Shown piece after piece: positions 44,971 through 55,899 of a DNA stretch of 64,000 nucleotides. The notes under the pieces were generated by a model. That model had not been told where the DNA came from, did not search any database, and saw nothing but the letters and a program-made list of their open reading frames with translations. Position numbers and translations under genes: made by a program. This stretch comes from an uncultured Phycisphaerales bacterium (GTDB lineage: Bacteria > Planctomycetota > Phycisphaerae > Tepidisphaerales > Tepidisphaeraceae), in assembly GCA_963758525.1 (NCBI GenBank), contig CAVWVQ010000001.1:352001-416000 (forward strand). The letters are read 5' to 3'. Position 1 is the stretch's first letter, and the number at the start of each line of letters is the position of its first letter.

Positions 44971-46060
44971 TCATGCCGCCGGCTGGTCTCGCAGCATCCG
45001 CGCGGTGGTCTTGTCCAGTTCGTCATACTGCTGTCGCGGAATGTAGTCGATCAGCTTCTTCACGATCGAATCGCTCTTGATCCCCTCGGCCTCGGCATTG
45101 AAATTGGTCACGATCCGGTGCCGGAGCACGGGAAGCGCAACCTGGCGAATGTCCTCGGTGCTGACGTGATAGCGGCCTTTGAGCAGAGCCCGGGCTTTGC
45201 CGGCAAGAATCAGATATTGGCTGGCGCGGGCCGGCGCCCCAGCCGACATATTCATTGACGAAATCAGGGCAGTTTCCTTCGCCGCGGCGCGTCAGCCGGG
45301 AGAACTGCAGCGCATAGCGAATCACATGATCGGCGACGGGTACTTTGCGGACGATTTCCTGCAGCGCGATCACTTCATCGCCGCTCAGGACGTGCTTGAG
45401 GTCCACGTGCCGGCTCATGGTCGTCAGCCGGACGATCTGAAATTCTTCGTCCTCGCTGGGATATCCGACGTTGATGTTGAACATGAACCGGTCGAGCTGC
45501 GCCTCGGGCAGCGGATAGGTTCCCTCCTGCTCGATGGGATTCTGCGTTGCCAGCACAAAAAACGGCTCGGGCAGCCGATGTTGCTTGCCGCCGGCGGTCA
45601 CCTGATGCTCCTGCATTGCCTCCAGGAGCGCGGCCTGCGTCTTGGGGGGTGTCCGATTGATTTCGTCGGCGAGCACGACATTGGCGAAGACCGGCCCGCG
45701 GACAAACCGCAGCGTCCGGCTTCCCGTCGACTTGTCTTCCTCGATGACTTCAGTGCCGGTGATATCCGACGGCATTAAATCCGGGGTAAACTGGATGCGA
45801 CTGAAGCTCAGGCCGAGGGTGCGCGAGAGCGTCGAAATCAGCAGTGTCTTTGCCAGCCCCGGCACGCCCATCAACAGGGCATGCCCGCGGCAAAACAGGG
45901 CGATCAGGAGCTCTTCAATCACCGCCTCCTGTCCGACGATGACCTTGCCGAGCTCGGTCCGCATGTTCTGATATCCCTGCTGGAGCTTCTCGACCGAGGC
46001 TAGTTCGTCGGCAATGAGTTGTGTCTCTTGTGGCGCAATCAGACCGGTGGTGGACTCCAT
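44971..46060 (-). CDS. MoxR family AAA+ ATPase (frameshift near 45230)
   Basis: [65 protein letters not shown]. Confidence 0.96.
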
Positions 46061-46171
46061 GCAGGCTCCAGTTGTAAGCTCGAGAGATGCCGACGACGGC
46101 GGTTGGACGTCCGCACTTCATCCCAGAACTTGGCCCCGCTAGAGTATATCCGATTCGTTCGCAAAAGTTGC

Positions 46172-47021
46172 ATGCCCGAGCTGCCTGAAGTTCAAACCGT
46201 CGTCAATTCGCTGAGGCCGGCGCTGCTTGCGCCGGATCGTCGCGGTGGATCTGGCGCGTCGCGATATTGTCGAGCCGGCGGATGCCGATCTTTCCGCGTT
46301 GCTCACGGGCCGGGCGGTTGTCGATATTCATCGTCGCGGCAAACGCATCGTGTTCACGCTCGACAACCGGCACCGCTTTTATATCCACCTGGGAATGAGC
46401 GGGCGACTGAGCGTTGGAACAGATGTCAGCGAAATATTGCCGCACACGCACCTCCAGATCCGGTTTGACAACGAGGCGGTTCTGCGGTTCCGCGACGCCC
46501 GGCGCTTTGGCGGCATCTGGTGGCTTGGTGACGGCCCGGACGACGATGGCACGATGGGGCCTGAGCCGTTAAACCTGCGCACCTCCGCGCTCGCGCCGCT
46601 CCTGGCGCGAACGAGCCGGGCGATCAAATCGGCCCTGCTCGATCAAACGCTCATTGCGGGACTCGGAAACATCTACGTGGACGAGTCGCTCTTCGCCGCC
46701 GGCATTCACCCGCTGACGCGCGCCGACCGGCTCAGCGCGCAGGCGTCGGCAAAGCTGGCGCGCGCCATCAAGGCGACGCTCCGCCGGGCGCTGAGTCACC
46801 GCGGGAGCACGCTGCGCGACTACCGCGACGCCAACGGGGAATCCGGCAACTTCCAAAAGCTTCACCGCGTATACGGCCGCGAGTTCAAACCGTGCTGGAA
46901 GTGCAAAACACCGATTACGCGCATCGTCATCGGCGGCCGCTCGACGCATTTCTGTCTGACATGTCAGCCGGCGGAAGAGGCACCAAGGCACCAAGGCACC
47001 AAGGCACGAAGGAAGAAGTGA
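46172..47021 (+). CDS. mutM: Formamidopyrimidine-DNA glycosylase (frameshift near 46230)
   Basis: MPELPEV, RRGK, HLGMSG, D.RRFG, LLDQ..IAGLGNIY.DE, C-terminal zinc finger. Confidence 0.95.
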
Positions 47022-47190
47022 AAAGGAGAGAAGAGGACTAAAGGCTAAATTACCAAAAGAATGATTCAACAAATATCCCCTTCCTTCCCTCCGTGCCTTC
47101 GTGCCTCCGTGCCTTCGTGCCTTCGTGCCTCCGTGCCCCCTTCCGTTCGTGCCTTCGTGCCTCCTTTCCCTCGCGCCTCCGTGCCTGTGT
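46975..47190. repeat. Inverted GGCACGRA/GGCACCAA octamer arrays overlapping the mutM 3' end
   Basis: ggcaccaa x3 then ggcacgaa, then a long (t/c)cgtgcct array. Confidence 0.85.
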
Positions 47191-47347
47191 CCCACCCTTC
47201 GCAACAATTTCTTTCAACACCGGTTTCGACTTGGTCCGATAGAGATGGAGGCTCGAACGGTGTCGTTCGGGAACCAACTCGATTCTGCGGTCCGCCGTCG
47301 GTCCTACTGGAGCGGGAGCGCGGCCGTTGTCTGGCAAAGGAGTGCCC

Positions 47348-47725
47348 ATGAACCTGAAGCAACTGGCAAAATTAATGGCGGCGGGCGTGCTCGCGATGGC
47401 CGCCGTCCCGGCGATCAGCCTCGCGCGGACCCATCACCCCGTGCAGGCGATCGCGCCGTCCCTGTCGGCCACGACCGTCACCCCCCGGGTATCGAACGCG
47501 AAACACACACGCGTCGCGCTGAGCACATCAAAGAAACACCGAAGCCTCTCTTCGCACAAGAAGACCGCAAAGGCGCTCAGCCATCGCTCAACCTCGCACG
47601 TAGCTTTGAGCGCTCGCTCTTCCCGGCACACCGCGCTGAGTCATCGGACGACGCGGCACATTGCCCTCAGCACCGCCGCCCGCAAGGCGACGAGCCTGAG
47701 CAGCACGAAGAAGAAGAGCATCTGA
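47348..47725 (+). CDS. Small secreted, highly basic repeat protein
   Basis: AAGGAG SD, signal peptide, seven [A/S]LS-x6-7 repeats, no Asp or Glu. Confidence 0.8.
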   Translation: MNLKQLAKLMAAGVLAMAAVPAISLARTHHPVQAIAPSLSATTVTPRVSNAKHTRVALSTSKKHRSLSSHKKTAKALSHRSTSHVALSARSSRHTALSHRTTRHIALSTAARKATSLSSTKKKSI

Positions 47726-47771
47726 GATCCATCCGTTGGAAGCGAAGAGCCGTCGCTTTGCAAAACTCGGG

Positions 47772-47810
47772 GCCGTGAAACGGGAGAGCTCCTCGCGTTT
47801 CACGGCTTCT
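47772..47810 (+). terminator. Probable intrinsic terminator
   Basis: gccgtgaaacg ... cgtttcacggc followed by ttct. Confidence 0.6.
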
Positions 47811-48011
47811 GCTGCGCCGAATCTGGCTGGAATTGCATCTCCAGACCACGACAAGCTGAAATCAAGTAGCGCGCCCGAGGGGCGTACTGAATAGGCGTCT
47901 GACGGAGGGGCGACCGACTCATCAGCATCAACCGAAAAATTTGACGATTATGCTTGCGGCGCCGCACTCATTTTGGCACCATCAAAGCATCTACATGGGA
48001 GGTTGGCCATC

Positions 48012-48389
48012 ATGCTGAACCGACGCGCAGCAGTCTCGCTCATTTTGGCTTTGTCCTTGACCGCCGCGATCGCCCACCCCGCTTGGGCGAAGAAAGGCAA
48101 GGCCGGAAAGGACGGAGTTCGCGGGACGATTACGACGCTGGAAGCCAACGATTTCATCATGTCGCTGGGCGAAAAAGCCGCCACTTCCGATTCCAAGTCC
48201 AGCTCTGGCACCAAAGTGGACTGTGACGCAAACACGCAGTTTTTCCGCGGGTCCACCGCTGTTTCCGCGTCCGAGCTCAAGCAAGGTATGACCGTCGGGG
48301 TGATGGGAGCCTCAGTGGGCCCGTACGAGATTCGGGCTCTGCGAGTCAACATCATCTCTGACTCCGCGCCCAAAGCGAAGACTAAATAG
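48012..48389 (+). CDS. Secreted small beta/OB-fold-like protein (DUF5666-like)
   Basis: GGAGG SD, signal peptide ending AWA, V.G.I..., T.F..., LK.G..V.V pattern. Confidence 0.7.
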   Translation: MLNRRAAVSLILALSLTAAIAHPAWAKKGKAGKDGVRGTITTLEANDFIMSLGEKAATSDSKSSSGTKVDCDANTQFFRGSTAVSASELKQGMTVGVMGASVGPYEIRALRVNIISDSAPKAKTK

Positions 48390-48720
48390 CGACAGCGTCG
48401 AGTACTACGCCACTGCTTCCAGGCCAGCGTTGCGTCCGGCGAGGTCGCTCAGGTCGTCGCGCCCTGCCGGTGGCGCTCGATCGCTTGATCGCGTAGTAGA
48501 GAATGGCTCCGATCAGATGCAGGAAGATGATAATGAGCGCCCACAGGAGCTTCTCACTGGTGGGCATGCTGCTGGTGAGGCAATCGATCAGCATCCAGAT
48601 CACAAAGATCGATCCGAGCAGCACAATCCCCCATATCACGAGCATGAAGACCCCCAACCCCGCGGCCACGCCGGCCCCGGTGGCATCTGCAAGACACTGT
48701 TGAATCGCGGTCGCTGACAT
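48382..48720 (-). CDS. PLDc N-terminal-like small membrane protein (3' end may be shorter)
   Basis: WMLIDCL...EKLLWALIIIFLHLIGAILYY; AAGGAG SD. Confidence 0.8.
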   Translation of the reverse strand: MSATAIQQCLADATGAGVAAGLGVFMLVIWGIVLLGSIFVIWMLIDCLTSSMPTSEKLLWALIIIFLHLIGAILYYAIKRSSATGRARRPERPRRTQRWPGSSGVVLDAVAI

Positions 48721-49009
48721 CGCATGCTCCTTTCGAAGTGAAATGACAAGCTGCGCATGGTGCAATTGCGATGCCGCCCCCGGACCCGTGGGAGCCGAGC
48801 TTGCCGCTTTCGGGCAAGTGGAGGAACAACACTTTTGCTCAGGACAGAGTGCAGGCTGGAAGCCCGCACCACAATTATTAGAATGCCGGCCAATTTCGGG
48901 GTTTTGAGCTGACGCGCGGGAAGGCACGGGCGTGGGATCGTGGCAGTTTGTCGCTCGAGGCGACAGCTATGGACTTGCAGCGAGTTGCTGCCAAACCCTC
49001 CACGTCGAT

Positions 49010-50140
49010 CTATTGCGGCTCTGGCAAGTCCGCGATGAACTCGGCTAATTGCTTGCCGGTGGCGCTTTGGGCGTTGCGGACGTAGTACCCGCTGGTGGCT
49101 ACTCCGACGCAGAGGCACTCCTCCAACGCCATCCCCAGGACACGACCGAGGCAGAACCCGGCGTTGAAATGGTCGCCGGCGCCGGTGCTGATCTTCGGTT
49201 GCTGCACAAATGGCCCCGCAAACGTCGCGCTTGCTTGGGCGGTCGCTGCGGCGGCGCCGCCACGCGGATGCACCACGACACACGATAAGCCCAGCTTCCC
49301 GCGAATTGCCGCAGCAATCGCCTCGATCGACGCCTCCGGATCAGCGGGGATCGGCAGGTGAAGCGCCTCGAGTATCTCCTGTGATTCCTTCAGATTTAAT
49401 CCCAGCACCACGTCCACCTGCTGTTGAAATTGGCTCAATGCCGTCAACGCTCCGGTGATGTCCGCATGCGTGCGTTTCTCCGGATCGGCCAGATCGCAGA
49501 AGAATGTGCTTGGCCGTTTCTGGCGATTCGGGCGCTTCGCCTCGAGCATCTTTTCCCAAATCTGCCCCATGTAAGGCAGCATCGTCCAGTTCACGAACGC
49601 GATCAGTTGGGACTCATCGATCAGCGAAAAAAACTTGTCGGCCCCCAGGCGCTGCTCGATGTTTTCCCAGTTCACGTCGTTGATCGACGCGAGTTTTCCC
49701 AGCATCAGTTTGCCGTCGTCAAACTCCAGCGCATCGGTATGGCCCGGATCGGAAATGCGGATCATCGTCGCGCGGCGGGACATCTCCTCAAATACCGGAT
49801 GCAGCATCGGGAAGCCCACCGCCCCAATGTACGTCACGCTCATCCCACCCGACGCCAGAGCGTTGGCCATGATCGGACCGTTGCCGCCGAGCTTCATCTG
49901 TTTGACGACCAGTTCGTAATTGCTCGACTGACCCGCCGCCGAGAGAATTTTCTGTCCGAGCGCGGCAATCGTCTTCACCGCGTCAAAGTGCGCAAAATCA
50001 TGTCGTTTGTCGACAACCGCAATAATCTCGTCGACGAATCCGTCCAGTCCGATGGTCGCCTTGAGCGTCGGAAGCTTCGGCAGCGCAACAGTCAGCTTCA
50101 GGCTGGTGGATGTGCAGATTTCTTTGCGGGATACCGGCAT
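49010..50140 (-). CDS. PfkB family carbohydrate kinase-like protein
   Basis: LGGNGPIMANAL, STGAGDHFNAGF. Confidence 0.85.
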   Translation of the reverse strand: MPVSRKEICTSTSLKLTVALPKLPTLKATIGLDGFVDEIIAVVDKRHDFAHFDAVKTIAALGQKILSAAGQSSNYELVVKQMKLGGNGPIMANALASGGMSVTYIGAVGFPMLHPVFEEMSRRATMIRISDPGHTDALEFDDGKLMLGKLASINDVNWENIEQRLGADKFFSLIDESQLIAFVNWTMLPYMGQIWEKMLEAKRPNRQKRPSTFFCDLADPEKRTHADITGALTALSQFQQQVDVVLGLNLKESQEILEALHLPIPADPEASIEAIAAAIRGKLGLSCVVVHPRGGAAAATAQASATFAGPFVQQPKISTGAGDHFNAGFCLGRVLGMALEECLCVGVATSGYYVRNAQSATGKQLAEFIADLPEPQ

Positions 50141-50191
50141 GCGGATCGAGCCTCAACAAATGGGATTGGTGCAAGAGGGGCGTCGCGACAA

Positions 50192-50704
50192 TCAGTGGCC
50201 GGCGGCTCCCCCGCCACTGGCGCCGCCGTTCACGCCTCCAGCATCGGAGGACTGCTGCTGGTTTTGCTGCGAAAGCGTCAGATCCGGAGGCGCGGGAAAC
50301 GCCGTGCTCGACGCCGGCTCCTGAACGCCGCGGGCGATCACGGGCGTAAAGGGACGCGTGGTGATCAGAGTAATCGGGAGGAATAACGTCTGTCCGATAA
50401 ACGCAAGCGGCTCGGTGACGGGCTTGAGCGCCGCGGGCGTGTTGGGATTGGGCTGGTAATGGAACCGGGTGTCCCACGCCGGCACTGCGCCGCTTGGATA
50501 GATCGCCACCGAGCGGTCCCAATCGCGCTTCTGCATGGCCATGTCAATCGTCAACGGCGCATTGCTCAACTCCGGACGCGGCGCCGGCTGGGCGCTCGAG
50601 CAGCCCCAGGCGGAACATCCTGCCGCTCCGGCAAGAACGAACCGCGCCAAGAGCTTTGCGGAGCCAGACACTTTACCGAGACAATCAGGGGTTGAGCACA
50701 TCAT
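50192..50704 (-). CDS. Putative lipoprotein (start uncertain)
   Basis: Hydrophobic stretch ending AWGC; P/Q/G-rich tail. Confidence 0.55.
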   Translation of the reverse strand: MMCSTPDCLGKVSGSAKLLARFVLAGAAGCSAWGCSSAQPAPRPELSNAPLTIDMAMQKRDWDRSVAIYPSGAVPAWDTRFHYQPNPNTPAALKPVTEPLAFIGQTLFLPITLITTRPFTPVIARGVQEPASSTAFPAPPDLTLSQQNQQQSSDAGGVNGGASGGGAAGH

Positions 50705-50924
50705 CCGCGTCCTTCTCAAAAGCTTTTCGATCGAACTGCGCGCCGGAGCCGGCAGTGATGTCATCGGGCTTCCCGACATCCGGCGAATAGCCGAAAGGAT
50801 CCTTTAGCGCGTTCTCGGACCTTTGGTACGCACTGATCGGCTGCGTCGTCGGGCCGCCCTCGTCCGCACAGCCAACAAGGGCTCCCAGCGTCAGGCATGC
50901 AAGCAGGGTTGGCAGAGTTCGCAT
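50685..50924 (-). CDS. Small lipoprotein
   Basis: MRTLPTLLACLTLGALVGC lipobox; TGgTATGAT 7 nt before ATG. Confidence 0.75.
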   Translation of the reverse strand: MRTLPTLLACLTLGALVGCADEGGPTTQPISAYQRSENALKDPFGYSPDVGKPDDITAGSGAQFDRKAFEKDADDVLNP

Positions 50925-51113
50925 CGCTGGCATCATACCAAGTTTGGCCGCTTTTTCCGGGGAAACTTCCCAACCTCCCAATCTTTATCGTCCGTTGCCA
51001 GTCCCATTGTGTGGAAATTCGAAGCCCGAACCGTGAGCAGTTGCTTCGTTCGTCCGATTCATTATTTGATTCTGGTTTCGGATTTCGTCATTCGGGTTTC
51101 CCGGCGGCCGGGC

Positions 51114-52648
<1,535 letters not shown>

Positions 52649-52695
52649 GTGATAGGATTAGACCCCAGGCCCGATCCTGTCAACTGTGCGACGCG

Positions 52696-52983
52696 TCAAT
52701 CGTGGAGATACACCTTGTGCCTCGGGCGGCTCCGCAGAATCTCGGCTTTCCCCCAGGCCACGACCTGGCCGAAAGTTGGACTGTGGATGAAAGCCTCGAA
52801 CGATTGCTTGGTCGTCCACTGGCTCAGGATAACATAGCTGCCGACGGAGGCGACGTCTTCATAGAGATGAGATTCGACATGGCCGTCGATGGTCTTGAGG
52901 TGTTCGAGCACGCCGAGAAATCCTTTTTCGAATTCCTCTTCCTTGCCGGCGATCACGTCGTAATGCATCCCAATCGTTGTCAT
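52696..52983 (-). CDS. Antibiotic biosynthesis monooxygenase (ABM) family protein
   Basis: V..GKEEEFE, GH..S.LY, Y.I.S.W....F..F..S..F. Confidence 0.85.
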   Translation of the reverse strand: MTTIGMHYDVIAGKEEEFEKGFLGVLEHLKTIDGHVESHLYEDVASVGSYVILSQWTTKQSFEAFIHSPTFGQVVAWGKAEILRSRPRHKVYLHD

Positions 52984-53058
52984 GTAAAGTCTTTGCTCCC
53001 GGAAGAACATAGCGGGAGTACGGCGCGACCGAAAGGGGCGGGCGTTGAACGAATGACC

Positions 53059-54180
53059 TCATTGATCGTCGAACCAGCTCAGGTCCCACTCCGCCAGCCA
53101 CTCGACACGTGGCCGGCCGTCGATGAACTGCACGGGAAGCCAGACATACCGCCCGTCGATCGCGTTGTCGGGACGCCAGCGATCGGCCAGGTAGATGAAC
53201 GCGCCGTCGCGGCCAGCGACCGGCAGCACAAACGTCGGCTGCGAGTCGTAACTGGTGAGCAACTGATCCGCGGGCCCGACAAACGGATTGCCCAGTTCCG
53301 TCCAAGGTCCAAAAACCGAATCGGCCACCGCGGAGCGCGTGGGATTGGGCAGCCAGCCGGTGCAGCCTGAAGTGAAAAGGTAGTACTTGCCGTGATGCTT
53401 GAAGATCGCGGGAGCCTCGTGAAAGCCGCCTGGAAACACGCGCGCATATTTGCCGGCTGATGTCAGGTAATCATCGCTGAGCTGCGAAATGTGCAGGACG
53501 CCATTGTCTTCAGAGGCGTAAATGTGGTACGCCGCGCCGTCGTCATCGACGAAGAGCGTCATGTCCCGCGCCATCTGTCCCCCGGCAAAATCGCGGCGGA
53601 AGAACAGATCGAGCGGATACCCCGGCACCGGCGCGCCCTTCATCTTCAACCTCTCGATTGATGCGAGCTCATCGGGAGAGATGCGGCGTTTCATTTCCTC
53701 CGCGACATTGAGCGGCCACGCTCCCGCGTTGGGGCGAAATGACCTGACGAACCGGTATGGTCCCGTCACCTCGCTGCTGACGGCCAGACCGCTCAGCGCG
53801 CCGCTGTAGTCCGTCCCCTTCGGCTCCAGATGGAACCACATGACGAATTGAGCGGTCTTCGCGTTGTAGACAACCTTCGGGCGTTCGAGAATGCAGCCGC
53901 CGACGATGCGGCTCTTGGGATCGTCGGACACTTTCAGCACGATCCCGCGGTCTTCCCAGTTGCACAGGTCCGTTGAGGAATAGCACCCGACCCCGACATG
54001 CGCGAAGTTCCCGGCCTTGCCGGCGGTCTTGTGCTCGCCAAACCAATAGTAGGTCCCGTCGTGATGGAGAATGCCGCCGCCGTGAGCGTTGATGTGCGTG
54101 CCGCTGGTGTCGGGCCACGTCTCTCCCGGCTTGAAGGAGTGATGAACGGCAGAAGCGCTATTGACTGCTGGGTTTGTCAT
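53059..54180 (-). CDS. Glycoside hydrolase family 43 (GH43_24-like)
   Basis: INAHGGG, YYWFGE, ERPKV, RDMTLFVDDDG, EAPA, SQPT. Confidence 0.9.
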   Translation of the reverse strand: MTNPAVNSASAVHHSFKPGETWPDTSGTHINAHGGGILHHDGTYYWFGEHKTAGKAGNFAHVGVGCYSSTDLCNWEDRGIVLKVSDDPKSRIVGGCILERPKVVYNAKTAQFVMWFHLEPKGTDYSGALSGLAVSSEVTGPYRFVRSFRPNAGAWPLNVAEEMKRRISPDELASIERLKMKGAPVPGYPLDLFFRRDFAGGQMARDMTLFVDDDGAAYHIYASEDNGVLHISQLSDDYLTSAGKYARVFPGGFHEAPAIFKHHGKYYLFTSGCTGWLPNPTRSAVADSVFGPWTELGNPFVGPADQLLTSYDSQPTFVLPVAGRDGAFIYLADRWRPDNAIDGRYVWLPVQFIDGRPRVEWLAEWDLSWFDDQ

Positions 54181-55883
54181 TTTGCACGTTGTTTCGACGG
54201 AGCTGACCCGGACGTGATTCCCGCGTCGCAGCCGAGACCGGCTGTGGCAGCGCCCCCGTCCATCTCAAAGTAATCGAAATCCGCGGTCGCTTGCGCACCG
54301 TTGAGGTCTTGTGCGCAGATGCCGATGAACGCGCCGGTGAAACGGAGATAGGGCCCGTAGTCGTCGGATAGTTTTGAAGCGTCCAGGGCTGGCCCGATTT
54401 GGCGCCAGTTCTGGCCATCAGGTGACGCGAAGAATTCGAGCCGATCATGATCGATCGTCGCGCGAAGGTGACATTGCCGCCATTCGTTGATCGCGATCTG
54501 GCTCTGCGAAAGCTCGTCATAGGTTCCGTTGTCCGCCAGGACAATCCCGAGAACCTTGCCGAGAACCTCATCGTGGGTCACGCGCAGGTAGTAGTGCATC
54601 CGGCGGTCGTACCAGCAGATCAACCCGGCCATCTGTGAAAAATGCGTCGGCTCAAATTCGAGGCACGTTTGCGCGGTGCATCGAAACGCATCGAGACGTC
54701 GCGCCACAAAACTCTGGTCGAAGAACGAGTAAAGCGAGTCCCGCCCGCGAAGGCGCAGCCAGCCCGGACGCTGAGTCAGGGTCGCCCACGAATTCTCGAT
54801 CGGAATGCGAAGGGAGCAGAACCGCGCGTCCAGCGCCTCGCTGTTAAAATCGTCCCGCTGGGTGCGGGACGCCGCGGGCAAAGTCCTTGCGGCGAGCATT
54901 GCCCCCTCCCCTGGCACTCCGGGGGAGGGCTGGGCTGGCCAAGGTGATGGGGCGAAATCGCTTGGAGAGGCGACTTCCACCTGCGGATCGGTGCCGCCGC
55001 TCTCAAGCCGCAGCCAACCTTCCGCGTTCCAAACGACTCGCTGTAACGCCGTTTCCCGCCCGAGCATGCAGCGGCGTTCCGGATAAAGCGGCCGACTGCA
55101 GAGATGCGCCAGATACCATTCGCCCGATGGCGTCTGAGCTAATTCGCCATGCCCAGCTTTTTGCAGCGCCAGCCCGGGGCTTTTCCGCGACGTCAGCAGC
55201 AGCGGCAGCGGGTCCAGCTCATACGGCCCTGCGATCGACCGACTCCGCGCCATCGAAATCCCATGATTCCAGCCCGTGCCCCCCTCGGCCAGCATCAGGT
55301 AATACCACCCGTTGACCTTGTACAGATTCGGCCCCTCCAACAGCAACGGCTTGGTCAGAATCGTCTGTGGCACACCCACCATTTCCCCGCGTTTGGCGTC
55401 ATATTCCTGCAATACGATCCCAGCGAACCGCGACCGGCCCTTGCGGAAATCCCACTGCATGTTGACCAGCCATTTGCGGCCGTCGGCATCGTGGAACAGC
55501 GACGCATCGAAGCCGCTGGAATTCAGATAGATCGGCTCCGACCAGGGCCCCTCGATCTTCGGCGATGTAATCAAATAATTACGAAGATCCTTAAACGGCG
55601 GCTCGATCGTCCGAACGATTGTGCAGATCAGGTAGAACTGCCCATCGGCATAGCTCAGCGATGGCGCCCAGATGCCCGCGGAATCCGGCACGCCGTGAAG
55701 GTCAAGTTGCGAGCGGCGCGTGAGCGCGTGGCCCGCAAGTCTCCAATGTTCCAGATCCCGTGAGTGATAAATAGGAACGCCGGGAAACCATTCAAAGGTG
55801 CTGTTGGCAATGTAGTAGTCTTCCCCGACCCGAAGAAACGACGGATCCGGATGAAAGCCAGGCAAGATTGGATTGCGAATCAT
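54177..55883 (-). CDS. Glycoside hydrolase family 43 beta-xylosidase/arabinofuranosidase with C-terminal beta-sandwich
   Basis: NPILPGFHPDPS, STFEWFPG, WAP, EGP.LYK, EGGT, AGHG, LGRET, FTGAFIG. Confidence 0.92.
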   Translation of the reverse strand: MIRNPILPGFHPDPSFLRVGEDYYIANSTFEWFPGVPIYHSRDLEHWRLAGHALTRRSQLDLHGVPDSAGIWAPSLSYADGQFYLICTIVRTIEPPFKDLRNYLITSPKIEGPWSEPIYLNSSGFDASLFHDADGRKWLVNMQWDFRKGRSRFAGIVLQEYDAKRGEMVGVPQTILTKPLLLEGPNLYKVNGWYYLMLAEGGTGWNHGISMARSRSIAGPYELDPLPLLLTSRKSPGLALQKAGHGELAQTPSGEWYLAHLCSRPLYPERRCMLGRETALQRVVWNAEGWLRLESGGTDPQVEVASPSDFAPSPWPAQPSPGVPGEGAMLAARTLPAASRTQRDDFNSEALDARFCSLRIPIENSWATLTQRPGWLRLRGRDSLYSFFDQSFVARRLDAFRCTAQTCLEFEPTHFSQMAGLICWYDRRMHYYLRVTHDEVLGKVLGIVLADNGTYDELSQSQIAINEWRQCHLRATIDHDRLEFFASPDGQNWRQIGPALDASKLSDDYGPYLRFTGAFIGICAQDLNGAQATADFDYFEMDGGAATAGLGCDAGITSGSAPSKQRAK

Positions 55884-55899
55884 GTTGCAAGACTCCGAT

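Noticed and set aside
47895..47926. Hammerhead ribozyme from CTGATGAG on the minus strand
   Set aside because: The required GAAA after stem II is missing.
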